Below, in pieces: positions 38,913-55,800 of a stretch of 64,000 nucleotides of DNA; the stretch's first letter is position 1, and the number at the start of each line of letters is the position of its first letter. The notes under the pieces were generated by a model. The model did not search any database. It saw only the letters and a program-made list of their open reading frames with translations, and was not told the origin of the DNA. The stretch lies in assembly GCA_964016885.1 (NCBI GenBank), contig OZ024740.1, forward strand, positions 133,672,001 to 133,736,000. Reading direction: 5' to 3'. The position numbers and the translations under genes were made by a program. This DNA comes from Eledone cirrhosa (taxonomy: Eukaryota).

Positions 38913-39560
38913 CACCTCGTGTGCCGTAAGTCAAAAGTGGTGTGAGTGTATTGGTTAGAAACAACAGTCCAACACACGCAACTTAATAAACTCACCTCTT
39001 GAGGCTGCCGAAATATAAATGAAAGTTAGAGTTAATAACTCATACTGAAACCCTGTAATCAATAAGCACAAAGTATAAATACCGAGCATTATAATAATGT
39101 GTGAACGTTGGTACTAGGTGTTTGTCGCATTTAATCAGATTCTCTCGCTGATGATGCCCATGGATTATCTGTTACAAACACACTCAGGGCGAAACAGATT
39201 AATCCCTAATCTGTCCGAGAGATATAATTGTTATTGAGGCGGTTTGTATAATATAATTTTATGTTATTTTATCATTCTGTCTGCTTCATGGTTAAATATT
39301 TCAAACAAATGTGGTCTTTCAACCCTCGTAATATTAGACACACGGTTTACTGTGTTTCTTACTACATATATATTATTATTATAATGGTCGCTATTTATAC
39401 TTTGAGCTTATTGATTACAGGGTTTCAGTATGAGTTATTAACTCTAACTTTCATTTATATTTCGGCAGTCTCAAGAGGTGAGCTTATTAAGTTGCGTGTG
39501 TTGGACTGTTGTTTCTAACCAATACACTCACACCACTTTTGACTTACGGCACACGAGGTG
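38913..39560. repeat. Inverted repeat, ~185-bp arms with a ~275-bp spacer containing a hammerhead
   Basis: 38913-39098 is the reverse complement of ~39375-39560. A further 20-bp inversion pairs 38878-38897 with 39098-39117. Confidence 0.92.
39141..39222 (+). ncRNA. Canonical type I hammerhead ribozyme
   Basis: TCTCTCG-CTGATGA-T-GCCC[27 nt]GGGC-GAAA-CAGATTA ATCCC TAATCTG-TC-CGAGAGA. Stem I is 7 bp, stem III is 7 bp, and GUC cleavage is predicted after 39215. Confidence 0.93.
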
Positions 39561-40234
39561 CCTCACCGCTATGTCCGGGTCAGTATAAAATCTTTTCCTG
39601 GGTCCTGTATTTTCGTTGCTCTGGTAATGCGGCTGGACTGCCGACCGCTATATCTGATTTGCTAAGCTGTCTGAACGTAATGTTATTACTCTGGGGTCTT
39701 ACCTCATCCGACTGCTAAAGCTACAGACCGATTATGCATATACGCTAACTTGGCCGTACACTAAAGCTTCGTCAATGTTGTACTAAAATTTATATATAAA
39801 TATATATATACATTCGAAAAACAAGTGTGAAAATTAAGGAAACAGAAAACATGGAAGACGCAAACACAAGGACAATTCCCCCTCATCGGCTGTCTTCTGA
39901 GGATTATTATAGTTACGAATGCTTTAAAGACAAGACTAGTCATCACAGTGCATCAATATCTATACTCGGAAACCTATTCGGAAAGAAAACAAAAATACAC
40001 AAAAAAACAACCAAGAAATATGGGACAAGAAAATAGTTACATTCGAAAGTACCACACATAACTGTGTGCAGCAAATTGAGCAATGAATGGAATAAATTAG
40101 TCTATGTGGTTCGGGCGTTAGTCATGAAATAAGTTTTAAGAAGCAGGAGAGTGGCGAAATCGACTGAATAGGTCGGTAGTTAGACCGCAAAAGCAGCAAA
40201 CAAATGCTAGAACGGAAGTGTCGCGTAGGGCAGT

Positions 40235-40390
40235 ATGGATGGAAGTAGTGGTATTTTATTTTATCGACTAAGCAAGGATAAAAGGCAAAGCTAAACTGTG
40301 TGGGATATGAATTCAAAGCTTAAAGAAATGTAACTATATACTGCAAAGCATGTTGCCCGACGTTCTACCAATACTACCAATACACCGCAC
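40235..40390 (-). mobile_element. Degenerate tRNA-derived SINE
   Basis: TGGTATTTTATTTTATCGAC..GGATAAAAGGCAAAG..GAATTCAAAG..CTACCAATACTACC. Confidence 0.7.
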
Positions 40391-40407
40391 TTTTTGTGAT
40401 GCCATAG

Positions 40408-40597
40408 TAATTGTTTCTACTTTTGGCACAAGGTCAGCAATTATCGCAATGCATTACTGGTACTTTATTTTATCGACCCCGTAAGGATGAAAGGCAAAGT
40501 TAACCTCGGCGGAATTTGAACTCAGATCGTAAAATGGGCGTAACTCTATGCTGCTAAGCATGGCGTCCTACCCTCTACCGATACTGCTAATCCACCG
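40408..40597 (-). mobile_element. tRNA-derived SINE
   Basis: Closely matches 27036-27227. Confidence 0.9.
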
Positions 40598-41444
40598 AAA
40601 CCCGAAACGTGCAAGGATGTGTCTCATGTACTTGTCAAAATATTAAAAATCTCTTAGGCACAGGGCCAAAAAATGTACGAGATGTTGAATAATCAGTTAT
40701 AACTGATAGTATATTTTATATAGTCGGGAACCATGTCGTATTTGAACTCAGTATATAAAGTGACGAAACAAAACAGCGCAAAGTATTCTGTTCTAAAATT
40801 TTAGTCTCCTGATCCATCGCTCATAACTATACATTTAATCATCTACTGATACTGATTTACACATAATTATTTCTAGATAACCTATTAATGGTTCTTATAT
40901 GACATGTTTTAACATTAACTTAACTATTATCTTTTAGGTGGGTGGCGTCTCTGACTTATATATTATCTATGGTTTTAGTTAGCTCTCTATTCCTAACAGT
41001 AATGGGTAAAATAGTACGCAGTAAGAATGAGTCGTTATATGAATACGAATAACAGTGAATATTTTATGTGCGAACGTACAAGTGTAAAGTATATTAGTGG
41101 CAATAACTATAGCTCGTTTAGGCAATCATGTCAGTGTACTGAACTGCCACAAATCAAACACAAGGTTCATGAAAATTAGGCTTATTACCTCACAGGCATT
41201 CATTATTTTTTTCATATCGTACTTTAAAAATCCTTTCAGAGCACGTGACATACGTTTTTATGTTTGTATGTATATATATATATGTATAATTTATGGGTAT
41301 GTCTAAGTGTTTGTAAGTGGGTAGTGTATTGTTATTTATAATATGAATAGGAAGGTAGGAATAAATGTGGGTAAGAGAATCATGGTGGAAAATGTATTTT
41401 ATTCTCATACATCGTAAAATGTGTGCTTTGTCTAAAGAATTTAA

Positions 41445-41475
<31 letters not shown>

Positions 41476-41521
41476 CATAATTATTGACACATACAACCGA
41501 ATCAAGTTGTGTACAGACACA

Positions 41522-41619
<98 letters not shown>

Positions 41620-41734
41620 CACACGCACACAACTGGATACTGTTGTATATGTCAATAGTTACTGTTAAAGATTATAATGATAATGATGTTAATGATTACT
41701 ATAATGATTGTTAATATTATTTTCATTTCAAATT

Positions 41735-41914
41735 CGTCTGCAACGTCAGACACCATGCTTTGTAGCATAGAAGATATAGCCCTTTACATTCTGAGTTCAA
41801 ATCCCACCGAGGTTAACTTTGCCTTTCATTCTTACGGGCTCGATAAAATAAAGCACCAGTAACGTACTGGCGTCAATTTAATCGACTTTCCCCTCCCTTG
41901 TGCCTATAGTATAA

Positions 41915-41915
<1 letters not shown>
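41735..41915 (+). mobile_element. tRNA-derived SINE followed by (TTA)n
   Basis: CTGAGTTCAAATCCCACCGAGGTTAACTTTGCCTTTCATT core. Confidence 0.85.
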
Positions 41916-41998
<83 letters not shown>

Positions 41999-42001
41999 TT
42001 C

Positions 42002-42169
42002 GGTATAGAGTTACGTTCCTTTACGTTCTGAGTTAAAATGCCGCCGAGGTCAGTTTTGCCTTTCATCCTTACTGGGTCGATAAAATAAAGCACCAGTAAC
42101 GTACTGGGATCGATTTAATCAATTTTCCCTTCCCCCGAAATTACTGGCCTTGGGCCTATACTAGAAATC

Positions 42170-42170
<1 letters not shown>
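42002..42170 (+). mobile_element. 5'-truncated SINE between two long (TTA)n runs
   Basis: Same core; ends CTAGAAATCG-(TTA)n. Confidence 0.85.
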
Positions 42171-42238
<68 letters not shown>

Positions 42239-42791
42239 ATTGCTATTATTTTCTTCTTACCAGGAATGAGAACTATTTCGGATTTTGGCTTTCCTATAGA
42301 CATCTGAAAAGTTTCTTGCATTTTAAATGCCTTACTTTTGATAGCTTCCTATTTTTAACAGCATATTGTGTCTTTGAGAACAAATATGATTAATTCTTCA
42401 AAAATCTATACAAGATATTTCCAAGTAACTATTATCAGTTTTATAGCTAAGATGAAATGAAATTTGGTTATAGTATGAAATATCGCTTCTCACCTGATGG
42501 TAACATTTACTGCCTATCGATATCATTGAAATGGGTTCTTCAAAAGCGTTTGCAGAAGGAAGTTTATCATTTATACAATAACATGTGATATTTGCTTTTC
42601 AACTCAAGAAACATAACCCATAGGCCTGGAATGACATTGGAGAGAATTAAGTACTTCTTAATGCCTTTTACAATAGCATTTTCTAAAAGACTACAGTGCA
42701 TTATTAATTTTCATCTATACTCACACAGAATGGCACAGACATAAGCATACATACATACATACATACATACATACATACATACATACATACA

Positions 42792-42827
<36 letters not shown>

Positions 42828-42849
42828 TATACATATATACATATATATA

Positions 42850-42894
<45 letters not shown>

Positions 42895-43043
42895 TAAACA
42901 CACATTCATGCACATACATATATATACATATATATATATATATACGTATGCATATGTGTGTGTATATATATCTATATATATATATTTATATATTTGTGTG
43001 AGTATATATATGATAATGGTTTAGATATACGCGAATATGTGTG

Positions 43044-43257
<214 letters not shown>

Positions 43258-43761
43258 AGTGAGCATACATTAAGACGTACGAATAATTGGAATGCCGATT
43301 TGTTTGCCTCTGAGACAATTGTTTGGCTGGTTATATTATGATGAATACGTGTATCCAATTTAAACTTAAAACGTTATTTTTTCGTTTTTGTCGCAATGTC
43401 CCCCATATTGGGGATACTTTCAATAGCATTTAAAACAATGTTCAAAGTCGTCATGGTACTACAGGCTAATGGCTGTTTTTTGCGTCTATTTGTCTCACTT
43501 AGAATTATATCGACAAACAAAATTGCCGCTTTGTCGATTCCCATATGAAACTATAAAGTAATGAAAGAGAAGTGTCCTAACAGGCTACATAGATGATTCA
43601 ATAAAATATAGCAGGATTTTACTGCAGCCTCGAAAACTGCTTTCAGCAAAGTAAGAAGAAACCTTTACCTTTGTAAGGGTACATTTTTTATATAGGTTGG
43701 ATAAAGAATGCTGATGAAAGACACTTATGAAAGACAATTAACCGCAGTAATTTTAAACACA

Positions 43762-43812
<51 letters not shown>

Positions 43813-46452
43813 CGGGATCTTATATATATATATATATATAAAGTATAATAAACAATACAATATAATCACCTCATTACCAGAGGTTTCCTGAATAAGACGA
43901 ATACAAAAAACGTCCTCATTCGTTCATCGGACAGGGTAATTTAAACTTAGTGAAATATTTGAAAAATCTCCTCAATAAAGGCAAAAGTTTAACGGGCAAA
44001 AAAAATATATAAATAAAAGTAATGCAAGAGATACATAAAAAAATAAGGAAATATAGTTAGGGTATGTGTATAAATGTGTGTATATTCACTCACAAATGTA
44101 CATATGTGTGTATGTACAAATGCATGTGTATAGTGAAAATGTGTGCGTTATTACATATATGAGGGCAAGCATATCAGTGTATGTGTGACCACAAATACGT
44201 ATATAATATAACTTGAAAAATTGTAAGATAATATAGTTAACATACATCCAGATTCAGGTATTATGGAATGAAATATATACACATACAAGTATGAAAGCAC
44301 GCGTATAAACACACACACACGCGTGATCACATATGCGAATGATATACAGGGAAGGGAGTGTATTAGTCAAATGTATTAGTTTGAGGGTGCGTATATCTCC
44401 CTCAAAGATCACAAACCTGATTTTATTAATCGTTCTAGTTGTAGATTAATCAACCCTGCTAAGACTGAAATCGGTCTTGCTAGCAAAATTTTTTTTAATA
44501 ATATAAACACACATATTAGAAGTAAGTCTGATTTAATCCAATGGATAAATAGCTCTTCCGTAGTACATTGGTTTAATAACATTAAAGATAAAAATAGTTC
44601 TAGATTCACCCAATTTGACATTGTAGACTTCTACCCGTCTATTACTCACCCTATTTTAACGAAAGCCTTATATTTCGCTAGAAAGTTTATCAATATTTCT
44701 AATATTGAAGAGAATGTCATTTTGCATGCTAGAAACACTACTTTTTATTAATAATGATACTTGGGTAAAAATATCTAACCCAGAGAACCCATTCGATGTC
44801 TCAGTGGGTTCTATTGACAGTGCTGATGTTTGTGATTTAGTCGGCCTATTCCTCCTACACACACTTAAAGAGAAATTACCTAAACATACATTTGGGCTTT
44901 ATCGCGACGATGGTCTAATACTTTCCCATACCACCATAGGCCATAACTTAGATAGATTAAGGAAAGACTTAATAAAAATCTTCGCTAGTTTTAAACTTAA
45001 AATTACCATTGACACTAACCTTTCCAATGTTAATTTTCTAGATATAAACCTAGATCTGCCTACTGCTTCTTATAAACCATAACATAAACCTAATGAAAAT
45101 GTTAAATATATAAATAAAGGCTCTTGCCATCCTCCTATAGTTTTTAAAAACCTTATCCCTAATATTAGCCGTAGGATCTCCACCCACTCATCCTCAGAAG
45201 CTATTTTCAATAAGGCACCCCCTACTATAATAAAGCCCTTCAAAATAGCGGTTTTAGCGAACCGATTAAGTACATACCCAACAATACTAACTCCTATAAA
45301 CATAATAATAGGAAAAGAAAAATAATCTGGTTCACACCCCCCTACTCTTTAGCAGTTAAAACTAATGTAGGCAAAACATTCCTAGAGCTCTTAGATAAAC
45401 AACTCCCTAGAACACATAGATACTATAAGATCTTCAATAGAAACTGTCTCAAAATTAGCTACTCCTGCGGTCCCCCTATTAAATCTTATATCCTCAATAA
45501 GAAAACACCCAGAGAACATGAAAATTGCTCCTGTAGAGTCAAAAGTGAATGCCCATTACAAGATAAATGCAACACCAAAACCATTGTATATGCGGCTAAA
45601 GTGACAATCATCAGGAACAACCTACCAGCCACCAGCGAACGATATGTGGGTATGACACAAGACAAATTCAAAACGCGTTATTACTCACATGTCGCATCTT
45701 TCCGACATCCTGAAAAAAGATTTACAACAGCTCTAGCTAGCAGAATATGGGATTTGAAAGACCAAGGTATCCAATATAAATTGGATTGGTCAATTTTGAA
45801 CCAATCTAAAGAATATGGAAGAGGAACAAGAAGATGCACACTCTGCATAAGTGAAAAATATTGGATTTTACAGAACCTTAAATAACCAAAAACCTGCCTA
45901 AATGCAAAAACAGAAATTTTCACCAGTTGCCCACACATGAAATCACACTTGCTTTCCAGCTCATATAAACTTAAATCACTTTCAGATACTTATCCTCCAT
46001 AAACTCTTGTTCTTCACTTTCCTTAAATTATCCTCTTTAGAGACTTCTCTTTCTGATTTACTTTATTTTTATTTTTACTTCACATTCACCAGTGCCCCCC
46101 CCCCCTACTTTTTGATTTACTTACCTAATATCTTCACAATTCCACATTTTACATCCCCATTTTCTTTCACTACCTGATATAACTTCTCACTTGCGTTTTC
46201 AACTCCAGATATATTCTGTTGTTTCGCAGCCGCTTTTATATTTGTACTCATTTATTCATACGGCTGGTTTATAATTTGTATCTATGCGTGTGAGTGTGCA
46301 TGTGTGTGTATGCGTTCTGTATATGTATACGAACGCCTCCGTATGTGTGCGTGTGTGTGTATATGTGTGTGTATGTGTGTTTTTATAGCTATGTTCTTTA
46401 CATACTTATATATGTGTGTGTGTGTGTGTATGAGTGAATGTATGTGTATATG

Positions 46453-46524
<72 letters not shown>

Positions 46525-46529
<5 letters not shown>

Positions 46530-46714
46530 AAGGAAATGTGGTAAGGAACCAGGTGGACCATAACTCACCAAAGTACTCAATACTTAGGGTAGTAGAGTGG
46601 GTAATAGGAACAAGTAAGACCCCGGCGGCTGAGCTCAAGCCGTTTCGACGGCTAATTCTTGACTGAACTAGCCGTCGAAACGGCTTGAGCTCAGCCGTCG
46701 GGGTTTTACTTGTT

Positions 46715-46720
<6 letters not shown>
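46525..46720. repeat. PLE terminal-repeat fragment ending in a 51-bp-arm hairpin centred on hammerhead stem II, between (TA)n runs
   Basis: Arms 46604-46654 and 46668-46719. The minus strand is homologous to 58301-58400. Confidence 0.88.
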
Positions 46721-46807
<87 letters not shown>

Positions 46808-47586
46808 GTATGTATCTGTGTATATGTATGTATATATATAGTCGCGTACGTACGTGTGATTAAACATACAAGTGCCGATATATATATATGTGCTTCGTGT
46901 GTATGTATGCGCGCCTCCATATGTATGTACGCATGTATGTGATTTTGTCTGTACGTATTTATATATATATATATTTATATATATATATATATGTGTACGT
47001 ACGAACCTATGTTTGTTTTCCCTTTTTTCTAGTGAAAATTTATAATTGATAACCCTTACCTTCTCTTTGATTTAAACAATTTGTTCATTCTCATATATTG
47101 TTTCATTTTTATACATGTATCGAGCCCCAGACTGACACTGATTTGACTAATACACTCCCTTCCCTGTATATCATTCGCATATATGTGATCGCGCGCGTAT
47201 GTGTGTGTTTATACGCGTGCTTTTATACTTGTATGTGTATATACTTTTATTCCTTAATACCTGAATCTGGATGTATGTTAACTATATTATCTTACAATTT
47301 CTTTTTCAACTTATATTATATACGTATTTGTGATCACACATACACTGATATGCTTTCCCTCATATATGTACTTACGCACACATTTTCCCTATACACATGC
47401 ATTTGTACATACACACATATGTACATTTGTGAGTGAATATACACACATTTATACACATACCCTAACTATATTTCCTTATTTTTTTATGTATCTCTTGCAT
47501 TACTTTTATTTATATGCGTTTTTTGCCCATTAAAATTTTGCCTTTCTTGAGGAGAATTTTCAAATATTTCACTATGTTTTAAATTG

Positions 47587-47654
47587 CCTTGTCCGATGAA
47601 CGAATGAGGAAGTTTTTCGTATTCGTCTTATTCAGGAAACCTCTGGTAATGAGG
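47587..47654 (+). ncRNA. Hammerhead-like motif with CCGATGA core (inverted copy at ~43869-43936)
   Basis: CCTTGT-CCGATGA-ACGAAT..ATTCGT-CTTATTCAG-GAAA-CC TCT GG-TA-ATGAGG; stem II is irregular. Confidence 0.4.
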
Positions 47655-47763
47655 TAATTATATTGTATTGTTTATTATACATTAAATTTAGCTCTGGTAC
47701 TTAAATAGAGCACTCTTCACTTCTATGACTTTTTCAATTTTCAACGGAAACTTCAATACTTAT

Positions 47764-47812
<49 letters not shown>

Positions 47813-47854
47813 CATATGTATATATATATATATACATACATATACATATATATA

Positions 47855-47892
<38 letters not shown>

Positions 47893-47936
47893 AAGAGAGA
47901 GAGAGAGAGAGAAACACACGCACATATATATATATA

Positions 47937-48006
<70 letters not shown>

Positions 48007-48076
48007 TACGTACATATAATATATATATATGTATATATATTTATTATAATAACAGATTAAATTTTAAGCAAAGAAT

Positions 48077-51136
<3,060 letters not shown>

Positions 51137-51199
51137 ACTAACATCTATATATATATCATCATCATCAGGTCGAGCTTGCTCTATCCATCTCTGTCTCTG

Positions 51200-51301
<102 letters not shown>

Positions 51302-51454
51302 TGTGTCTGTGTGTATGTGCGTTTGTATGTATGTAATCGGAAATAATAAAGGAAACTACAAGGTATAATGAAGAAATATATTAATTTAACGCTTCATTCA
51401 TAATAGGTAGATCGATAGATAGATAATTAGAAGTGTCTTTGGTAATATACATAA

Positions 51455-51625
51455 TGGTTTCTGATTGAGACACATGGCCAACAATTGGAGGAGGGTAAAA
51501 TCGATTAAATTGACACCAGTACGTTACTGGTATTCTATTTTATCGACCCCGTAAGCATGGAAGGCAAGGTTAATACGATGTCACAAAGCATGTTGTCCAA
51601 CGCTCTACCTATACTACCAATCCAG
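51455..51625 (-). mobile_element. Degenerate SINE with an internal deletion
   Basis: TTACTGGTATTCTATTTTATCGACCCCGTAAGCATGGAAGGCAAGG. Confidence 0.75.
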
Positions 51626-51993
51626 ACACCTTTGGTAGTGGACACAATAATATATTAATAAAGGATAATTGTCAAACGTCATAAAACACACGAGTCAAAA
51701 AATGTAATAATATAATTCTGTTTATATTTGGAAACTAGTGATTTCAGCTTTGGGGGAATAAAGGAAACCACTAACTATATATCTTGATAAGTTTAATGAA
51801 AGAACTAAATTCAAATTATAAAAAAAGTTTTATTATTTTTGATCCATGGGAGTTTCATTAATTTTTCTGGCTATTATACTTTATATATATACTACTACTA
51901 AATCTCTGTGGATTACAAATGGAATAAAACAAGTTCCGTATAAATCGGGGCAGGGGTCCCGCGATACGGGTTTTTCCGGGTTCCTTCATGAAT

Positions 51994-52055
<62 letters not shown>

Positions 52056-52276
52056 TAGATAGATAGAAAGAGATAGTGGTTGTGAGAGAGTAAATAGAAA
52101 GAGAAACATAGATATGGAAACTGGAAGAGAGGGTGAGAGAGAGCTGGTGATGTTGTTGAATGAAATTATAACACGTGACTTCCAAGGATCGAATACAGAA
52201 TTACTGTATCTAACTCGAATTTGGTGACTGAATATGAAGTAATATGTATCATATAACTTGTGTTAGGATGTATATA

Positions 52277-52419
<143 letters not shown>

Positions 52420-52565
52420 GTATGTAAAAGATAAACAGAAATAATAACACAAACGGTACAGTATGTGGAAGGAATATATTCGGTTAACACTTGAAATAGC
52501 AGGAAGAGGGTCTTAACGTTTCGGACGCTAGTCTTTCATCGGACGAAAGAATGAGAAATTAGAAA
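52420..52565 (-). mobile_element. PLE terminal-repeat fragment with a decayed minimal hammerhead (52511-52546)
   Basis: Reverse complement of ~57600-57745. The two-copy consensus is TCTT-CTGATGA-A.GAC TAGC GTCC-GAAA-CG-TT-AAGA. Confidence 0.65.
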
Positions 52566-52590
52566 TATATATATATATATATATATGAGG

Positions 52591-52642
<52 letters not shown>

Positions 52643-52643
52643 A

Positions 52644-52771
52644 TTAATATAGAAAAGCTTCTACAGGACTAGAACTGTTTCATTCGTGAGAAATCATCAG
52701 GAAGCCCAGTGCTTGCTGATGATTTCTCACGAATGAAACGTTTCTAGTCCTGTAGAAGCTTTTCTATATTA
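52644..52771. repeat. Fold-back palindrome (~60-bp arms, 5-nt loop) made almost wholly of two opposed hammerheads
   Basis: Arms 52644-52705 and 52711-52771. Confidence 0.95.
52657..52705 (-). ncRNA. Type I hammerhead ribozyme (a + strand twin at 52711-52759 has stem mismatches)
   Basis: Reverse complement reads GCTTC-CTGATGA-TTTC TCAC GAAT-GAAA-CAG TTCTAGTC CTG-TA-GAAGC. Confidence 0.85.
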
Positions 52772-52855
52772 AAACATTTATACTCTGCTATGTATTGAGT
52801 ACCTTACTTACTCTGGTTACCCCTATTGAACCCGGAATAACTTATGTATATATAT

Positions 52856-52963
52856 ATCCCGCCGAGGTTAACTTTGCCTTTCATCCTTACGGGGTCGATA
52901 AAATAAAGTAACAGTAATGTACTGGGATAATTGTTGGTTTGTGCCAAAAGTAGAAACAATTAT
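52856..52963 (+). mobile_element. 5'-truncated SINE
   Basis: CCCGCCGAGGTTAACTTTGCCTTTCATCC...GTGCCAAAAGTAGAAACAATTATT. Confidence 0.85.
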
Positions 52964-53027
52964 TAATATTCGCAAAACTCAGATTACATTTATTGTATTC
53001 AGCCATGTAGAGCGAAATTATCTTTTT

Positions 53028-53063
<36 letters not shown>

Positions 53064-53136
53064 GTGCGTGTGTGTGGGGTATATATATATTACTTTTACC
53101 TACATACTTATCAATGAATTGAAACAGCTCATTCTT

Positions 53137-53744
<608 letters not shown>

Positions 53745-54750
53745 ATTAGGCTGCTCACCCGTTAATATGCATAAGGAAAGTATATACTTTCAGACGTTCA
53801 ACCATCTGGCAGGAAGGTATACGTAGCTGACGATAGCTAATAAGCTTGAAACTAGTACAGCGTTCCTTTGTCAGTGTTGAACAAATGACCAACGATGGTT
53901 GCTAGACACTGTACGGCTTAATTCGCGATGTTTGTTTACAAACACACCGAGCATTATAATAAATGTTCGGTGAATCCATAGGTACATATATATGTGTGCA
54001 TGTATGTATATATATATACATACTACTGTACGTCTGTATAGATATATGTATGTACGTATACATACTTATATTTAAGTAACAGCTGTACTAAGAGTGAGAA
54101 ATGAAATTTCGTTTCATTTTTTTCCGTTTATCGTTTACGGTACCCCGGCCGATTAACTCACTCGATATGCAAATTAGGCTGCTCAGCCGTTAATATGCAT
54201 AAGGAAAGTATATACTTTCAGAGGTTTAACCATCTGGCAGGAAGGTATACGTTGCTGACGATAGCTAATAAGCTTGAAACTAGTACAGCGTTCCTTTGTC
54301 AGTGTTGAACAAATGAGCAACGATCGTTACTAGACACTGTACGGCTTAATTCGGGATGTTTGTTTACAAACACAGTGAGCATTATAATAAATGTTCGGTG
54401 AATCCATACGTACATATATATATGTGTGTGCATGTATGTATATATATATACATACTACTGTACGTCTTTATACATATATGTACGTACGTATACATACATA
54501 TATTTAAGTAACAGCTGTACTAAGAGTGAGAAATGGAATTTCGTTTCATTTTTTTCCGTTTATCCTTTTCGGTACCCCGGCCGATTAACTCACTCGATAT
54601 GCAAATTAGGCTGCTCAGCCGTTAATATGCATAAGGAAAGTATATACTTTCAGAGGTTTAACCATCTGGCAGGAAGGTATACGTTGCTGACGATAGCTAA
54701 TAAGCTTGAAACTAGTACAGCGTTCCTTTGTCAGTGTTGAACAAATGAGC
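53745..54750 (+). repeat. Tandem array of ~430-bp units (2.3 copies), one minimal hammerhead per unit; non-LTR retrozyme-like
   Basis: HHRs at 53822-53862, 54250-54290 and 54682-54722 (spacing 428 and 432 bp). Confidence 0.9.
54250..54290 (+). ncRNA. Minimal type I hammerhead (identical copy at 54682-54722; one-mismatch copy at 53822-53862)
   Basis: CGTTG-CTGACGA-T AGCT AATA AGCT T-GAAA-CTAG-TA-CAGCG, with palindromic ACTAGT stem III. Confidence 0.9.
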
Positions 54751-55262
54751 GAACCAGCCATATTCACTGAACCAGAACAATTTCCCCCATCGCATTTCCC
54801 TTGACCATTATCTTTTGTTTGTCATAAAATTCTCTAAAAGGCTACAAAATAAATTCCTTAATACGGGCGCGAAATTTAATGAACTTCTTCACGTGACAGT
54901 CATAATTTCATTTATAACTAATCAAATTAAATTTATTAAAAAAAAAAAGCTTCCGTGAGCCACTTTTTTTATGTAAAATAAATTCAAACAAGCTGGCGCG
55001 AAAGCTGATGTGCTTATTCACGTGACTGCATCAACCAACCAAACTTCACTCATATATGAAAAAAAAACCTGCCCCCCCCCCCCCCCCCTGTTTGAAGAAC
55101 TTTGTAACGGGAACTGTCGCGAAATTTATTATACTTATTCACCAAACAATCAAATTACTTCTCTAAAAACCTGGCGTTTCGAGCCAATTTTTCCATATAA
55201 AACAAGTAACATTCAAAGACCAACCAGATGGGAGTAAAACCACAGACCCTCCATCTCAACTC

Positions 55263-55302
55263 TACTTTTGAAAAGCAGAAGAACTGCGAAACCGGTAAAG
55301 GA
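55263..55302 (+). ncRNA. Minimal hammerhead with a compensatory U3-A8 core, in a solo terminal-repeat fragment (~55140-55370)
   Basis: TACTT-TTGAAAA-GCAG AAGAA CTGC-GAAA-CCGG-TA-AAGGA; the upstream flank is homologous to the reverse complement of 48300-48410. Confidence 0.7.
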
Positions 55303-55370
55303 ACCAAATAAATATATGTATTTTAAAAAAAATAAGACTCCAGTTGCATTTTCGATTTCATCTTTTTTCG

Positions 55371-55427
<57 letters not shown>

Positions 55428-55434
55428 ACATATA

Positions 55435-55642
55435 TATCGACAGTCGATTGACTTTCGTCAAATCGGAGCGAGGAAACAATGTTTCCATTGGTCTTTCCAA
55501 TTGCTAATACTATCTATCAGTCGCAACTCCAGGTAGAAGGAGCAAAGTGAAATAAAGTGTCTTGCTCAAGGACATAACGCATCGCCCGGTTCGGGAATCG
55601 AACTCACAATCTCACGATTGCGAATCCAATTCTCTAACCACT
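55435..55642 (-). mobile_element. Second tRNA-derived SINE family
   Basis: Reverse complement reads TGGTTAGAG..GAGTTCGATTCCC..GTCCTTGAGCAAGACACTTT (A/B boxes followed by a CORE-like segment). Confidence 0.75.
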
Positions 55643-55681
55643 GTGTGTGTGAGTGTGTGTGTATGTGTGTGCGTATGTGTG

Positions 55682-55725
<44 letters not shown>

Positions 55726-55733
55726 TATATATA

Positions 55734-55795
<62 letters not shown>

Positions 55796-55800
<5 letters not shown>

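Larger units (their letters stand above)
43842..47760 (+). mobile_element. 5'-truncated Penelope-like element (YRDDGL type) with an inverted terminal repeat at its 5' end
   Basis: ORF remnants 44400-45990: LKDHK..CRLINPAKTEIG, FTQFDIVDFYPSIT, FDVSVGS, GLYRDDGL, CSC..CPL..C, IVY..YVGMT. 43842-44372 is the reverse complement of ~47141-47679. Confidence 0.92.

Noticed and set aside
39081-39100. 20-nt match to the retrozyme-like unit (ACCGAGCATTATAATAA)
   Set aside because: It is AT-rich and the opposite arm of the same inverted repeat differs at these positions, so it is probably coincidence.
39892-39932. GTCTT-CTGAGGA...GAATGCTTTAAAGAC as a hammerhead
   Set aside because: GAAA is broken, stem II is poor, and there is no second copy to derive a consensus.
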